A stretch of DNA of 64,000 nt from Anthoceros angustus. Taxonomy: Eukaryota; Plantae; Anthocerotophyta. Below, piece after piece: positions 21,811 through 34,987 of this stretch. The notes under the pieces were generated by a model. That model was given only the letters and a program-made list of their open reading frames with translations. It had not been told where the DNA came from and did not search any database. The stretch is taken from positions 1,736,001 through 1,800,000 of the forward strand of contig MU008162.1 of the NCBI GenBank assembly GCA_010909165.1, given 5' to 3'. The position numbers and the translations under genes are program-made. Position 1 is the first letter of the stretch; every line of letters begins with the position of its first letter.

Positions 21811-21910
21811 GAGAAGAAGAAGAAGATTATTATAGTCCACTTGGACGGAATTTAATTTCCTGTCATGGAACTTGGTACTTAAACCATGGTGTGCCTAAGC
21901 TACTTACACC
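21811..21910 (-). mobile_element. Short dispersed repeat, copy 2 (retroposon 3'-end-like)
   Basis: Homologous to 18972-19082, same orientation, with indels. Confidence 0.55.
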
Positions 21911-22429
21911 TCGCTCAAACAAGAATGCCTCAGAGACAAGAACGGTACGCTAGAGGGAATTGATTTAATCTATATACATGGATTGGTTAGAACCATCGGT
22001 CACAATCTTTCGTCCGGGTGCCCGCCACCACATCAAGACATCAAGGTACGTTGTCATTCAACCCCGGACAAACTTTAGTGACCGGGCTATATATATAAGC
22101 TGCTGTTATATATATATACATATATAAATATACAAATATATAAATAACAGCAGTATAAATAAATAAATAAATAAAAATAGCAGCCGATGTAATATGGAGA
22201 TCGGACTGATGTTATACGGGGATCGGTTGCTGTTATGTCAGATGGGCTCATTGTCTGTACTTTACATGGATGGCTGATTCAGCCGCAGTGCCACACTTGA
22301 ATTATCCATACATGCCCGTTGCTCACCTTGCTACTTGCTCCTGGTGGACTGTGCACTGGATTGCAAGGAGGAAATTTACATGTGCGAGGGTCACAGGTTG
22401 GATTCAAGAGGCCCTGGCAGCAGCAGGGA

Positions 22430-23759
22430 ATGGCTTGCGGAAGTACTGTTCTGAAGCCAGCACCTGCGTTTTCTGCACTTCATGGGTGGTGGAGCAAGGG
22501 GAATGGGTCCTGGCAGCACAGGAGCGGGTTGCTTGGACAGCAGTGGAGGAGAATGATGTTGTCATCTGGCAGCTCAACAAGGACGAGGATGCCTGCTTGC
22601 CCCATCAATGTGACAGTGGGTTTCTCCAACACGTCAGCAGAGGCACTGCAGTCTGAATTCGGGTGCGAGGGGGTGCGATTCCTGGAGGTGGCAGGGCTTA
22701 CCATCATCGAGCTGAAAGTAGAAAATGGAAGCAGTGCTCGGATGGTGCTGCCTGGAGCACAAATCACGTCCTACAAGCCGGTGAGGTGGCACGGCGGGAG
22801 TGAGGAGTTGCTGCACACGGTGTTGGACAGGGGAGAGGGCGGGGTAGAGGAGGCTGAGATACGAGGTGGAGTTGGGTTGTTATTCTCTGAGGAGAATGGG
22901 CCTGCTGGTTCTATCTTCTGTTTGTCTGGGAATCAGAGGAGCTGGAAGGTGGATGAAGTCACCCCACGTCCTGGAGATTATGTTCAGGTGGGACATGTCC
23001 TTGCTTGGCTACTTGTCATGAGAGCAGATTATTGACATGGTGTGGGTGGCAGGTCGTACTGTCTTGCTGCCATAGCTGGCAGGCTTCGGAGCTGAAGGAT
23101 GCATCCCTAGCCTTCCGATATGTGGTGACCCTCTCGCAGTCGTCACTCACCTCCGCGTTGGTGGTGTCCAATTTGGGCCGTGTGCCAGTGAGCTTTACTG
23201 GGGCAATAGTGAATCACGTTGGGGTGAATTCTCTGCGGGGTGTCTTTGGCATGGGGTTGCAAGGAAGCCGTTATCAGTCATTCCCATTCCCGCCTCAGGA
23301 GAACGAGCTCCCCAGCTGGCCTCGACTCTGGGGCATCACACCAGAGGAGCGAGGGGTCCCTGTCTCAGACTCATGGCAAGAAGAGAAAGCCCAAGACACT
23401 GTGTTGCGTATCGGGATGAACAGACTCTTCAGTCAAGTGTCCAAGTTTGCCCTCCTCGACAGGGTATGTAGAAGCCTCTCTTTCTGCTTTGCTTGCTTGT
23501 ATGCTGTGCAAGGCTTGACATGCGGTTGTGGTGTGTCTGTTTCCAGGGGAAAAGACGGACAGTAATCATCCATGCCATGGGGTTCGAAGATTTCCAGTTA
23601 TCCAATCCGGGGGTTGAGAATTCCAAAGGAGAGTTCATGCAATTTGCCAAGAATGAATATGATCAATTCATATGCTGCGGGCCTGCTCAAGCCTATCAGC
23701 CACTGGTCCTAAATGCAGGAGAGCAATGGAGAGCAGCTCAGAAAATCGAGTTCAGCTGA
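22430..23759 (+). CDS. NDF5: NDH-dependent cyclic electron flow 5-like chloroplast protein (galactose mutarotase-like fold; PnsB2 paralog); 3 exons
   Basis: After a transit-peptide-like N-terminus: LQSEFGCEGVRF, ELKVENGSSARMVL, ITSYKPVRWHGGSEELLHT and IRGGV. WHGG favours NDF5 over PnsB2. C-terminus FICCGPA...LNAGEQWRAAQKIEFS*. Confidence 0.78.
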
Positions 23760-24245
23760 AGACCAGGTTTGATGGAGCGTGGGCCTTTTGAAGGCTCCTG
23801 AGGAGTGTGTCGAACTTGTGGTTCCTCTCCAGCAAAAAAATCTCCTCATGTCCGGTGAGTACAGGATGTCGGATATGACTTTGCTGTTGACATAAGTTTC
23901 AGTATCTCGCTGTAGTTACCGACGGGGGCTGCACTCGTCTGGTATTGCAGGCTCCGGAGCGTCGCTGGCGAATCCCCTAATTTGATCCAGGCACATCAGT
24001 TTGCTCTCCTGAGATTCATAGATCTCGTGTTGAGAGCTTCGGGGTTCTTTCAATGTTTGGAGTGCAAGGCTTGCCGCAACTTGTTTTCATCCCACCAAAG
24101 ATTGGCATAGTCACCAAAATGGCAATTTCAGAATGCCTGTGATATCAGGCACGACACTCTGGACGCTGCTATCTACAGACTACCCAACCACAAACAAATA
24201 CCAGCACAAAAATGGGTACGGGCCATGTACACACAGTCTTCTCTT

Positions 24246-24833
24246 TCAGGCATCCTCGTCGTCTTCCTTTCCTGACAACATGGAGTGAGCTTCAAACATC
24301 ATGTAGTTGAAAAGGCCCCTGACAGCACTGCAGACGCAGAATCATGGAAGTTAGGTCATGAAAATCATCACAATGAACACTGAACGCTGGTTGCGAGCCA
24401 CATTCACTGAATTGAGACATGGCCGATGAACTCACGCCTCCTTCTGCTCCTGGATCTTGACGGGATCGGTCTCACACATATTTCTTCTGAATTGCCATTT
24501 CACGAGAGCAACAAGCTTGTCCCGATTCCCTTGCTGGAAGGTGTTCAGGCATCAGCGTCCTCATCAGGTATGGGACTGGAGCACAGGCGGATGATATACG
24601 TCACAGACATACAGAGACGGTTATGGGGAGACAGTCGGCACCTTGTTCCCGAAGTACTCTGCACGTTTGAGACATTCCCGATAGAGCTGCGCCCATGACC
24701 ACAAGCACAAGCACTGTTAGAATTGAATCCAAAGAAGCCATTCATAAGGTATGTGCATCACCGCTCAAAATCTGAACAAGGTACAAACGTTTCGAGAGCT
24801 CTCAGCAATGTATTGAGGGATTGCGGACTGCAT
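24246..24833 (-). CDS. LYR-motif (Complex1_LYR) mitochondrial protein, 4 exons; missed by the ORF track
   Basis: Manual splicing gives MQSAIPQYIAESSRN|LYRECLKRAEYFGNK|QGNRDKLVALVKWQFRRNMCETDPVKIQEQKEA|AVRGLFNYMMFEAHSMLSGKEDDEDA*, with LYR and the downstream conserved F. All introns GT-AG. Confidence 0.85.
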
Positions 24834-27667
24834 GGTGGAGACTCTTGCTTCCAAATTTTCCGAGTGCAGCTCCCACCGGGATTCCGCCACAAACCTGATC
24901 CAGCCAGAATCAGGAACCGCATCGGGGAAAAGGAATGGAGTTTGCCCTAATAATATTTGGCCATGTCACCGCAGGCAGATGGAGCAATGAGCTAGGAGAG
25001 TATGGCAGCGAGCATTGACAAAAGTCTGATTGTGATGAGTTGATGCCGCGGTCTGATCTTCTGGTGGAAGGTGATGAAAGGCCAGGACAATGCTCTTACG
25101 GCATGCAGATACGAGGTAGGACGGGTTTGTGAATGGGACTTGTGTAGCGTATTAGATTTGTTTTACTGGTATCGGACTATGGTCTACCAAGCCACTGGTG
25201 GATAAGAAGGACAGCATGAAGTGTGCAAGTCCTTGGCATAGCATGCATGTTATTTTATTTCTCAGGCTCACAGTCGACAGAATAGGCATCAAGATGCTGG
25301 AGGCTGACAGTTCACTGCTTCCAGTATCCGACAGGTTGGTGTCCCTGAAGTCTCGGTTGGCTTCGCACATGTTCTTTTCTTCCAAGAAGTAAGCAGCAGT
25401 CAGTGATGACATAGTTGTAACGAGAGTCAAGGCTTGCTGTTGCCTGCAGCCCTCATGTTTTTTCGTTCTGTGCGAGCCAGGCTCTCCTGGCACCAGCTGA
25501 ACAACGACTGAGTGCTGAAGCAGCCGTTTTTATACACTGGACATGGTCATCCGGTCCGAGCTGGCGAGCAGAAGGTGGTTGTTACAGTACAGTGTCGGAG
25601 TTTGTTGGTTGGGAGCACCTATTTATCCCTCTCCTTGACGGGGCTAGAGGACTGATGTTGGCAGAGCCACACTGAAGCAGGGCATGCCGTAAAGGCAGTG
25701 GTCACTTTCTTTGGTGAGGTTTATTTGCCAGATCTCGTATGTTGGACATGTCTCAAGCTGGCATGGTGGAGGTAAAGGCTCCTCATGAGGAAATGGCAGC
25801 GGAAACAGCAGGAACTTAGCCGATGACGATGGCAGTCGACGCATGCCGAAGGCAAGCAACAATGTGACCCTCATGGGGAATATTTATGTGACAAGCCGCA
25901 CATGAGCTGTCGTGCCCGCAACACATGGTGAGAGCAGAGCACAATGCCGGCGGGGACTCGGGAGCCTGATGAAGCATGTGGACAGTTGCAAGCAGCAGCA
26001 GCAGCAGCAGCAACAGTAAATCGGCAGCGCAGTTAGAGTCGGGAGATGCACACGAGATTTAATGCAGTGCAGTGCAGTGCGGCGGTGCACAGTGGCCCAA
26101 GGTGACGTCCCCAAGGTGCTCGCTCAGCATGTGTGTTAGGGCTGGGCTGGGCTGGGCTGGGGTATCCTGGCTGTGAGATCCTGCTCTCCTGCAGCTGTGC
26201 TCATCGTGTACTGAGTCTGCTTGTTTTCAGTTGCAACACTCAGACCGAGCAGGCTGGGCGAAGTGTGTCAAGTGCGTCATGCCCCAAGATGCAAATGTTG
26301 GTGACGACACATGAGCTCATCCTCTCCACACGTAGAATATTATGTACATACCGAGCAGCCCACGGACATACATGTGGTGTAGGTATGTATGTGCACCACC
26401 AAAACATGAGACATGCATCCTGTTTGCCCACTCTTGTGATTCAAACCCTACCCTACCCTACCCACCTTGCCGGCAGCAGCAGACGAATGAGAATGCATGT
26501 ACTTGCAAATTGGTGCTGGTGTGATATTGCTTCAAGGCCGGCCGTAAGCATGAGACGAGAAAGTGGATCGACAAGGAGTGGAAGTATGAGGAGTCGGAGT
26601 CGGAGTCGGACGATGATGGGGCAGGGTTGGTGGTGTCGGCAAACCCGAAGTTACATAACGGTTGCACTTGCACTTGTGCGCTGCAATCTATGGATCCACA
26701 GCGTGCAATTATGCCTGTTGGTGACCCCCAGTACTGCTTACGGCTTATTAGTGAAGCAAGGGGCAGCAAAGTGCGATGCATCATGCTCTCCTCTCCCAGG
26801 ACTCAGGTCAGGACTCTCAGGCAAAGGCAGCTTCTCGTCCCGTCCTTGCGCAGATGGCAGCTGGATCCATCGGTTTGACTCGGTGGGCGGTGGGCTGCCA
26901 GTGCCCGGTGCCCACTCCCCAGCCATGGCCACAGCGGTGAGTCGTGACGCGGCTGGCCCCGGCCCTCAAACGCCCCAACCCCATCTATCTCTTCTCCCCC
27001 CAGATGCCCAGATCGGATCGCATTGATTGGATCCCCAGCCCATCCCGCTCAAGGCTGTGCTGTGCATCATCCCGCTTGACGGACTCCGTTGCACTTGGCG
27101 GCTGGCATCACGGAATGCATGTGAAAGCAGGCGCCCCGGCCCCCCGGGCCGACCAAAGCTGGAGTGGGAGTCATGACCCGGCCCGACTCGAGATCTGACC
27201 TGACCTGACCCGACCTGACCCGCCAATGACCTCCCGTGAGCTGACGCCTGTCAGTCCGTGCAGATGCAGTTCCGGCTCCGGCATGAGGAAGGCGAGGCAA
27301 GGCTAGGGTTAGGGTTACGTGTATGGGCATGGCTGTGGCCATGGATGGCTATGGCGATGGCTAGGGTTAGAGGACGGACGCGGATGGCTATGGCGTCTCC
27401 CTCGTCCCCTCACCCGTGTGCGCCCGACTCCCGACTCCCGACTCCGGGCTCAAGGCTGTTATGGCGGACGTACACATCTACACACTGGCAAGGGCGGAAA
27501 AGAAAGGGGGAAATGACAGGAGTGGCTGGAACTGGAAGAGATGGCTGGAACCTGTGCCTTGCCGTGTGTGCAGTGGCTGCAGCGCAACAGAGGTACATTC
27601 ATAGTATCTGCCATGGCTCAACGTCGTGGTGGTGGCCGTGGAGTTTCGTCGTCAGCGCCGAGGCCGC

Positions 27668-27740
27668 TCCAGCTCTCCGGCTCCGGCTCCGGCTCCAGCT
27701 CCGGCTCCAGCTCCGGCTCCGGCTCCGGCTCCGGCTCCAG
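27668..27740. repeat. (CTCCGG/CTCCAG)n hexamer microsatellite
   Basis: Directly visible. Confidence 0.9.
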
Positions 27741-28770
27741 CAGTCCCGCTGCCGCTCGTGAGTGGTGAATGGCTGGCTGGCCGCGCGTTTCCCCACGCCA
27801 CCAGTCAGGGCTCGGGTCAGGTCAGGTCAGGTCAGGGTTACCATCTTCACGGCCACCGACACGCCATCGCATTTGCGCAAAACCGCGGGGTACAGTATTG
27901 GATTTTGCTGCAGCAGGCTGCAGGGACATGAGAGGGAGTCGAGCAGCGGCCTGATTTTTAGGGAAGCAGGCCGGGCCCGGGCCCGGGCCCAGGAAGGAGG
28001 AGAGCCGATCATGGACCGCCTTGGCCTGTGCAATCACTATGGCATGCAATGCAGGGAGAGGGCCGGGGGCCGGGGGCCGGGGATGCGAGGCCCCGTAAGA
28101 AACAAAGGGAGCGCCAGCGCGGCGCTCCGTCAGTCGGTGTCCCTCACAGGCTCTCACACACACACATTATGTACCGCGTTGGCATGACTAGGCTCGCACG
28201 AGTGTGTGCGGCAGCATTTGGCAGCGGCAGCATTTGGCAGCGTCTGTCAGCGTTTGGCACGAGCCAAGCTTCCCCTTCCAAACCGCACCGGCAGTGGCAC
28301 CCGGGATTGCAGAGGAAAGGCGGAATTGCAAAGCGGAACGCGAGAATTGGGAATTCCTCGAGACTCGGAGGGCGCTTGGATTTTTGCGGTTCGAAGCCCG
28401 AGCACGTCTCGTCTCTTCTCGTCTCGTCTCGTTCTCATCCCGTCTCGTCCCGTCTCGTGGTAGTTGCACTTTGCCTCAGTTGAAGCCTTCCAACTTTATC
28501 AAGTTCCGCTTACATATATGGCTTGTATATATTATCTTGATAACAAACTCCATGTCAAAGCAGCAACAGGTGGGCTGGTCTTGGTCTGGGTGCCTCGAGA
28601 TAACTGCCACTACCCTGTTCCCATATACAACACCCTGGAAACCATATACTACCCATCCATATCCCCTCCTGCTCCGGCTCCGGCTCCTGCTCCAGCTCCT
28701 GCTGTGCCGGAACCTGGAGGCTGGGGCTTGTTTCCGCCTTTTGCAGATATTTCCGACTTCACTGCAGTGG

Positions 28771-28860
28771 TGGGCACTGGGCACTGGGCACTGGGCACTG
28801 GGCACTGGGCACTGGGCACTGGGCACTGGACACTGGGCACTGGACACCGGGCACTGGGCA
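28771..28860. repeat. (GGGCACT)n heptamer repeat
   Basis: About 12-13 copies directly visible. Confidence 0.92.
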
Positions 28861-31207
28861 GCAGGAGATGTCGTCCCTGCCCTGTCCCCCGACGTCTCCG
28901 AGAGAAACGAGACCCCCAATCAAGAGCAGCGCAGAGCCAGGGGACACAAACCCTACCCTTCAGCTTTTGCTTTTGTTGCCGTCGTGTCCACTGTTGTCCA
29001 AAGGGATCGAGGAAGCCCTTTGCTCCAGCAATCCAGTCCCTGTGACCAGTCCCACTTCCCGGATCGCAAATCCGGCATCCGCAAACGCAAATCCTGCGCA
29101 AGGATACCGCCCCTTCCAAGTATAGCAAATTAGGCCCGAAACGGGCTGATTTGTCACAGACAAGTATCCGGAGGAAATATGGGAGGGATGCGTGTGGACT
29201 GAAGAAGCTGCCCAGCTCCTCCTCCGGCTCCGGGGATCACGGCCAATAGCCTGACCGACAGGTGTAAAGCGGCTCCCCAGCGCCAGTGCGCGGGGGACAC
29301 GTGCCCCGGCCCCAGCATCTTAACCCCCGGTCAGGCTCAGGACCGAAGGGGAATCAATGATTGCGGAGTAACGGGGCTCCGGCTCCGGGGCTCCATCGAA
29401 AGCGACCCAATTATGGTATGCCATCGCCCATAATACACCGCACTTACTCCCTTACTCCTTCATAACACCCCGGTCCCGCCTCCCGGCTTGCCTCCTCCCT
29501 TGTCTCGGCTCGTATTTTAGTACCGAGTCAATGATAGGCGTGTCGGAAACCCGCATCCCCGGCCTCTAGGGCCAGGATGTAACCACGCCGCCGGCCACTG
29601 GCCACCCCCGGTCACCCGGTCGCCCGCCCCGACCCCATGTCGTGTAGCGCATTTGCGTTATGGAGAAGCCCAAGCCGGTGCCCGGGGGGGTAGTCTGGTC
29701 AACATGGCGGATGATGGCGGCTTCGGCCTTTGGAGCCTCTTGATGTTGTTGTTCCTTGTTCCTTGTTGTTGCTGCGCGCTTCCAAGAAACGCTGCGTACT
29801 GGAAGTCTACGCTGTTTTTGTTTTTTTGTCAGCAGGGCCCCGGGAAGGGACAAGCGCCCGGGGGCGAGGCGATGCAAACCTGCACAATCAGGCCTCTCCC
29901 TCTCCGGTTCCCGGGCCTGTTTATTATACCGTTGATTCTTTTCATGGCTCTGGCTGGGCCGCTTGGCTGCGCTGGCGCTACGCACCAGGCCATTCAGAAC
30001 GGGAAAGTCGATCGGAACGCAGGCAAACCAATCCCAGCTATGCATCATGTTAAACTAACACGTCGGACAGCGGATTCGAACTCTGTCGCCCCGTGCGATA
30101 ACCGTAGGCCTCTACCGCCGCGCCAGGCTGCCACCAGCCATAGAGCGTGTGCCGCGTTCGTAATGGCCGGGCGATTGAATTATTGCCGCCGGCTGCCAGG
30201 CCCGGCCCGGCCCGACCGGGCCGGTCACGCCAGTCTGCCGTTTGAAATGGACGGGCTGGTTTCGCCGGTTTCGCCGGCCAGGCGCGAGGCCGCCAGACGC
30301 GGGCGCGCGCGGCGCGAGTGGGCCCGGCCCGGCCCGGGCGTGCGCCCAAGAGCAACCGCAACCGGGTTGCTTGCGCTTCCCGCACCCTCTTCTTTAACCC
30401 ATATCGCTGCGGTGCCCTGCGCGACCTTCCTCTCCCTTAGTTAACGTCTTCCTTGCCGCAATGTCTCACCGGCCTCCCGCTCTTCGCCCACCGTATATCA
30501 GATTCACAGGTATGTCGTATGTACGCAGCCTGCCTACCGACCGAGTCCCACCGCCCGGGCACTGAGGTCGGTAGGAGGGCAGGGTGGTAGGTAGGTATTT
30601 TTGGGGCCCCGCCCCGTGGGCCGTGCCCGCCTGCCCGTGCTGCCCCGTTTGGCCCCGTCTGTGCCTCCTGGGCTGGCTCTGGCGCTGGCGCTGGCGCGGG
30701 CGCAGCGACCGCGCAGGGCAGGGCAGGGGAGGGCAGCGGGGATCGGATCGTACGTCCACCGGTATCGCAGTACCCCAGCTACAGGATTTGGACACGGGCA
30801 TTATTTGGGGCTTGGGAGCTGTCATACGGTACCTCAGCCTCGCGCGCTCGCGGCCTCCCGGGTCCCGGGTCCAGCATTGCGTTACATACCTTGAGCCGGG
30901 CGCGATTTTATACGATTTGTTACGATACACTGGGCAGGGGATTGAGGAGCTGTATACCTATCCTGCTCCGCATGGAGCTGGCGGAGCACATGAAACGGGT
31001 GAAGCGCGCCCTGCCGGCCAGACAATGTCCACTGTGCATGTCAACGTCCTGCTTCCCCATTTCCCATTTGCAGGCACAGAGGGAGGCAGGCCCACCCCGA
31101 GCCTCGGCCGGAGGCCCCCGCCTCGAGCGTTGGCCCTTGCTAACCAGGCGCTCTGGCCCGTTATGTCGCAAACTGGGGCAGCAACCCTGTTTCTGAGCCC
31201 CTGCTTC

Positions 31208-31317
31208 CGCCTCTCTGCCTCTGCCTCTCTGCCTCTGCCTCTCTGCCTCTCTGCCTCTGCCTCTCTGCCTCTCTGCCTCTCTGCCTCTGCCTCTGCCTCT
31301 GCCTCTGCCTCTGCCTC
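31208..31317. repeat. (CTCTGC)n pyrimidine-rich microsatellite
   Basis: Directly visible. Confidence 0.92.
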
Positions 31318-33989
31318 CTTCGCTATCCAGTACCGTCCACCTGCCCACCTGCCAATGCCCGCCCCTGCCATTTGTCTGCTCTGCCCGTGAATCGCCACCT
31401 TCCTGCACTCGCACTTGCAGCGGCCAGGCCCACACTCCCATCCCAGTCTCCAGATAACGGTGGTTAAGTGCACCGTGTACCGGGCAGCAGCTGCGCTGGC
31501 CTGCCTCCCACCCCATTTCCACCGCCCTTAATTTTTAGTCAGTGCCCGTGTCCCCCTCATTAACGCTTCTGATTAACTGCCGAGCTCCTGCTCCTTTCCA
31601 CTTTGATTGCACCTCTCCTTCAATCCATCAAAGTACACACACCATTCATTTCGATCACTGCTTGTGTGGATGTACATTCATACCAGCTTGCTTATGGAGT
31701 ATGGCTTCTCTGCCCATCTTACTACGGCCAAAACATGATTAAAAGTTGGGAACCTTGAGCGTCCGCACCATGGCCCATTGCATGGGAGGAGTGCCAATGC
31801 CGCTGATTCTCCTCAAACAAAGATTCAATATGATATTTTGTGATATGTTTTTAAAGTTAAGATTCCACTATGTGTAATATCGTACACCACTCGTACGTGA
31901 CGAAACTCATGATGTGAACAAGGCATTTTGATTATTTTCACTTTATTATTTTATATTATCACATGCAGTATATTCCTTCACACAAGATAGTTTAATTGGC
32001 ACACATGATAACATCTAGTGTTTTTGGTTTTTGTTGCTTCATTTTGAAAATTTGTGGGACTTTGTGTTGGCGTCACCAAGTAATACGGATCCGTAGATGC
32101 TGAAATATAGCATACCTAAATTGCCTAGTTTCAAAAGATATTTTTTGATCTGGTCTTTTTGCCATAATGTTCGAAGTAATAGTATTTTCGATTGGCCTTC
32201 CTTGTTTTGCTGTAGAATCTTGTATAGTTAAAACTGAAATCTTTCATCTTATGTTTTACGTATTTTATACAATATCCCCAAATCAATCAAATTCCTTATT
32301 TTAAATTGATTCTGTTTTTGTGATTATGAATTATTCCTGATATAACTTATCATATAGTTAATTATCATTGTTTATGTTTGGATCCTTTCATTTTTTAATC
32401 TTAAATATATCCCATTACTTATTGTCACTTGAACTCAATCGGAATACAATTGTGTTTCTAATTACTGAAAGATGATTCTATGCACAAAGATCTCATCAGG
32501 GTATTACAAAGATGCAGTCTCAAAAACGAGCCTTCGTCGAAAAGTGCAGATTACAATGTGTGTGTGTGTGTGCGGCACAAGTATGGTGTAGAGGCAAACA
32601 ACACAAGCATCACACACACATGAAGACGAGTACATGTTAGTTGTTCAGCTTGTCTGGAATACGGGTGCACCTTTAAGTGTCAGGAAACGGGTAAAGTGAA
32701 ATAAAGCGAGATATCTCCTCGGCTCCCTGCCCTTCCATCGTGCCTCATGTGGTGCTGGTCGTTACACGTCAAAAGACCACCACCCAGAGTACCCCACACA
32801 TTCGCTATCGTCTCAGAGATCTTTGCCCGTACTTGTCAGCGGCAATGAAGGTGTGATACTTCAGCATTGTATGATTGGAGTACGAATATACCAACCCCTG
32901 ACACACAGAGTCCCAAGAATTGAACTCCTCTTCGATAACAAATCCGCATAACTCCTCCACCCACTAAGGCGTACGTAGTCTACCCCACCTCACCCAACTC
33001 CACTCTATTTAATGGTACATCATTTATCCTATTTATATGATAATAAAATTCATAATCTTCCTTCTCATGCCAAACCAAGACAAGCAAGCCCTACCCAAAG
33101 GAAAGTGGAGTCTCCCTAGTATATCCACAGCCGGCCAAGGTAGACAGATAACGTCCAACGCGACAGCGTAAAATACCATGTAAACATGGGTTGCAAGCAA
33201 CATAGGGTAAAGAGCAAAGGAGCAAAAGGGGGAACTTGGGGGAGATTCCGGGTCCAAGACGGAGGGTGGGTATAGTGGGGGAACCCTTGAAGCGTGTGAC
33301 TTTAACCACACGCCCGGTTAGCGCAACCCGGGAGGAAGACGGTTTGTGACAGGTTTGCCAAATTTGTGCAGATCCCGCCATATTTCATCACGTGGAGGAG
33401 GCAGCGCCGTCGGATGGGGTGGGATCGGGCGGTGCAGCCGCGCGCCTGTCTCCCGCGGGGCCCACCAGCAGCCCTGCTCCCAAATACAGTAATAGGCGCA
33501 GGCACTGGCTCGTCTATCTCCTGCGGTGGGCCCGTGACCTGGAACCGGAGGAAGCCGGTGATTGGCTCGCGCACTCCGCGTGCCTTGACGTGGAGCCGGA
33601 CGCTCCAAAGTCCCCAGGTGTGAACGTCCGTAACGTGATATTTGTGCGCCCGATCATTTCGCCAGGCTCATACTCATAATTGGGTGCCGGAAAACCCAAC
33701 CCACGATGATTGCTGCCCTGACCGGAGTTACTATCCCGGCACTGGCATGCGCCTGGGGCGCCTGACCACGTGTACGCGCCACCTGGCGGGCGGGATATCG
33801 CCGCCGGCTAACCTCGGTTTCGCACTCCTAATGCCGGGCTTTCGCCGCGCCTACCGGAAATATCCGGCCGATATTTCCGCCGGGAGGCGACCGCCGGGTC
33901 GGCCCCAGTCGCCCGACGCGCGACCGGTTGTCGGCGACGGTGGAGATGGAGGCGCTGGATGCGCCCACGTCGGCCTGCCACATATCGCG

Positions 33990-34018
33990 ATTATATAAGG
34001 CCTAGATCTATATAAGCG
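33990..34018 (+). promoter_or_regulatory. Candidate TATA boxes upstream of the Dof transcript
   Basis: TTATATAAG and TATATAAG in an otherwise very GC-rich region, upstream of a putative leader and splice donor (AA/GTGAGT near 34458). Confidence 0.4.
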
Positions 34019-34987
34019 GGCGGCCGTATCTGGTTAAAAACTGACCCGGGGTCGTGCCGGGGTTAGCGCAACCCCCGGTCGGGCGCGGGTAACCGGACCA
34101 GGACCCCGGCCCGGCCCGGCCCGGCCTGGTGCGCCCCACGGCTACATCCTCCATTTCTTCGCTATTGTTCGGGCTTGTCTTTTGTCATCGCCGGAGCTCG
34201 GCCCGCTTGCTGCCGCTGCTGCTTCTGCTGTTGCTGCTGCCGCTCGCCGCTCCCTCGCCGCTGCGCTGCCGTCCGCAAATGTACGCTGCAATTCGGTGGA
34301 GCAGGTGGAGCAAAAGCCGCTTTGCCCCCAGATTCCCTGCGCGCCCAGCCGGTGCCTGGTGAAGCTTGGGTGCCGCCTCTGCTGCTCCTTCGACCGCCGG
34401 TTGCCGGGATCGGCGGCAGGCCGCTGTGGTGGATTCCACGGACCTGCGCTTTTCGCAAGTGAGTGCTCCTTCGTGTGCGTGTGTGCGGTGCCGTCGGTGC
34501 GGATTTGCTGTTGCATTTTGCTGAAATTTGTGGAGGAGAGGGAGATCCGCGGGGGAGAATCCCGTCTCCTGCCGGGGAAGGGAGGGGGAGGGGATTCAGG
34601 AGGGAGTGATCTTCGGGGGCCGGGGGATGGCGGGATTGAGAGTGAGAGTTGGAGGTGGCGGTGTAGGCGGTGGAGCGGTGTGGTTTGTAGCGCTGCTTCT
34701 GCTGGTTGTTTTGATATGCCGCTCACTCGGTTTGGTGCTTGTTTGCGTACAGGATGCGAGTTTGGTGCAAGGGGAGTCGGGCGGAAGTGTTGGAGTGAGG
34801 TTTGGAAGTGCTTTAATTGGAGGACGGGTGGAAGAGGAGGAAGGAGAGGCAGAGGAAGGAAGGGAAGGGAGGGAGGGAGTGAATGCGGAGGGAGAGGGAG
34901 GAGGCGGGGAGGCAGGAGGTTTGAAGCGGATCGCGAGGGGGATGCGGTGCTTGCTGGCCGCAAAGCCAAGGAGTGTGTGAGCTTTAA

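Noticed and set aside
25152-25493. Possible degenerate duplicate of the LYR gene (KNMCE..., GL..FM)
   Set aside because: Similarity is limited to a few residues, with no LYR motif or matching exon structure.
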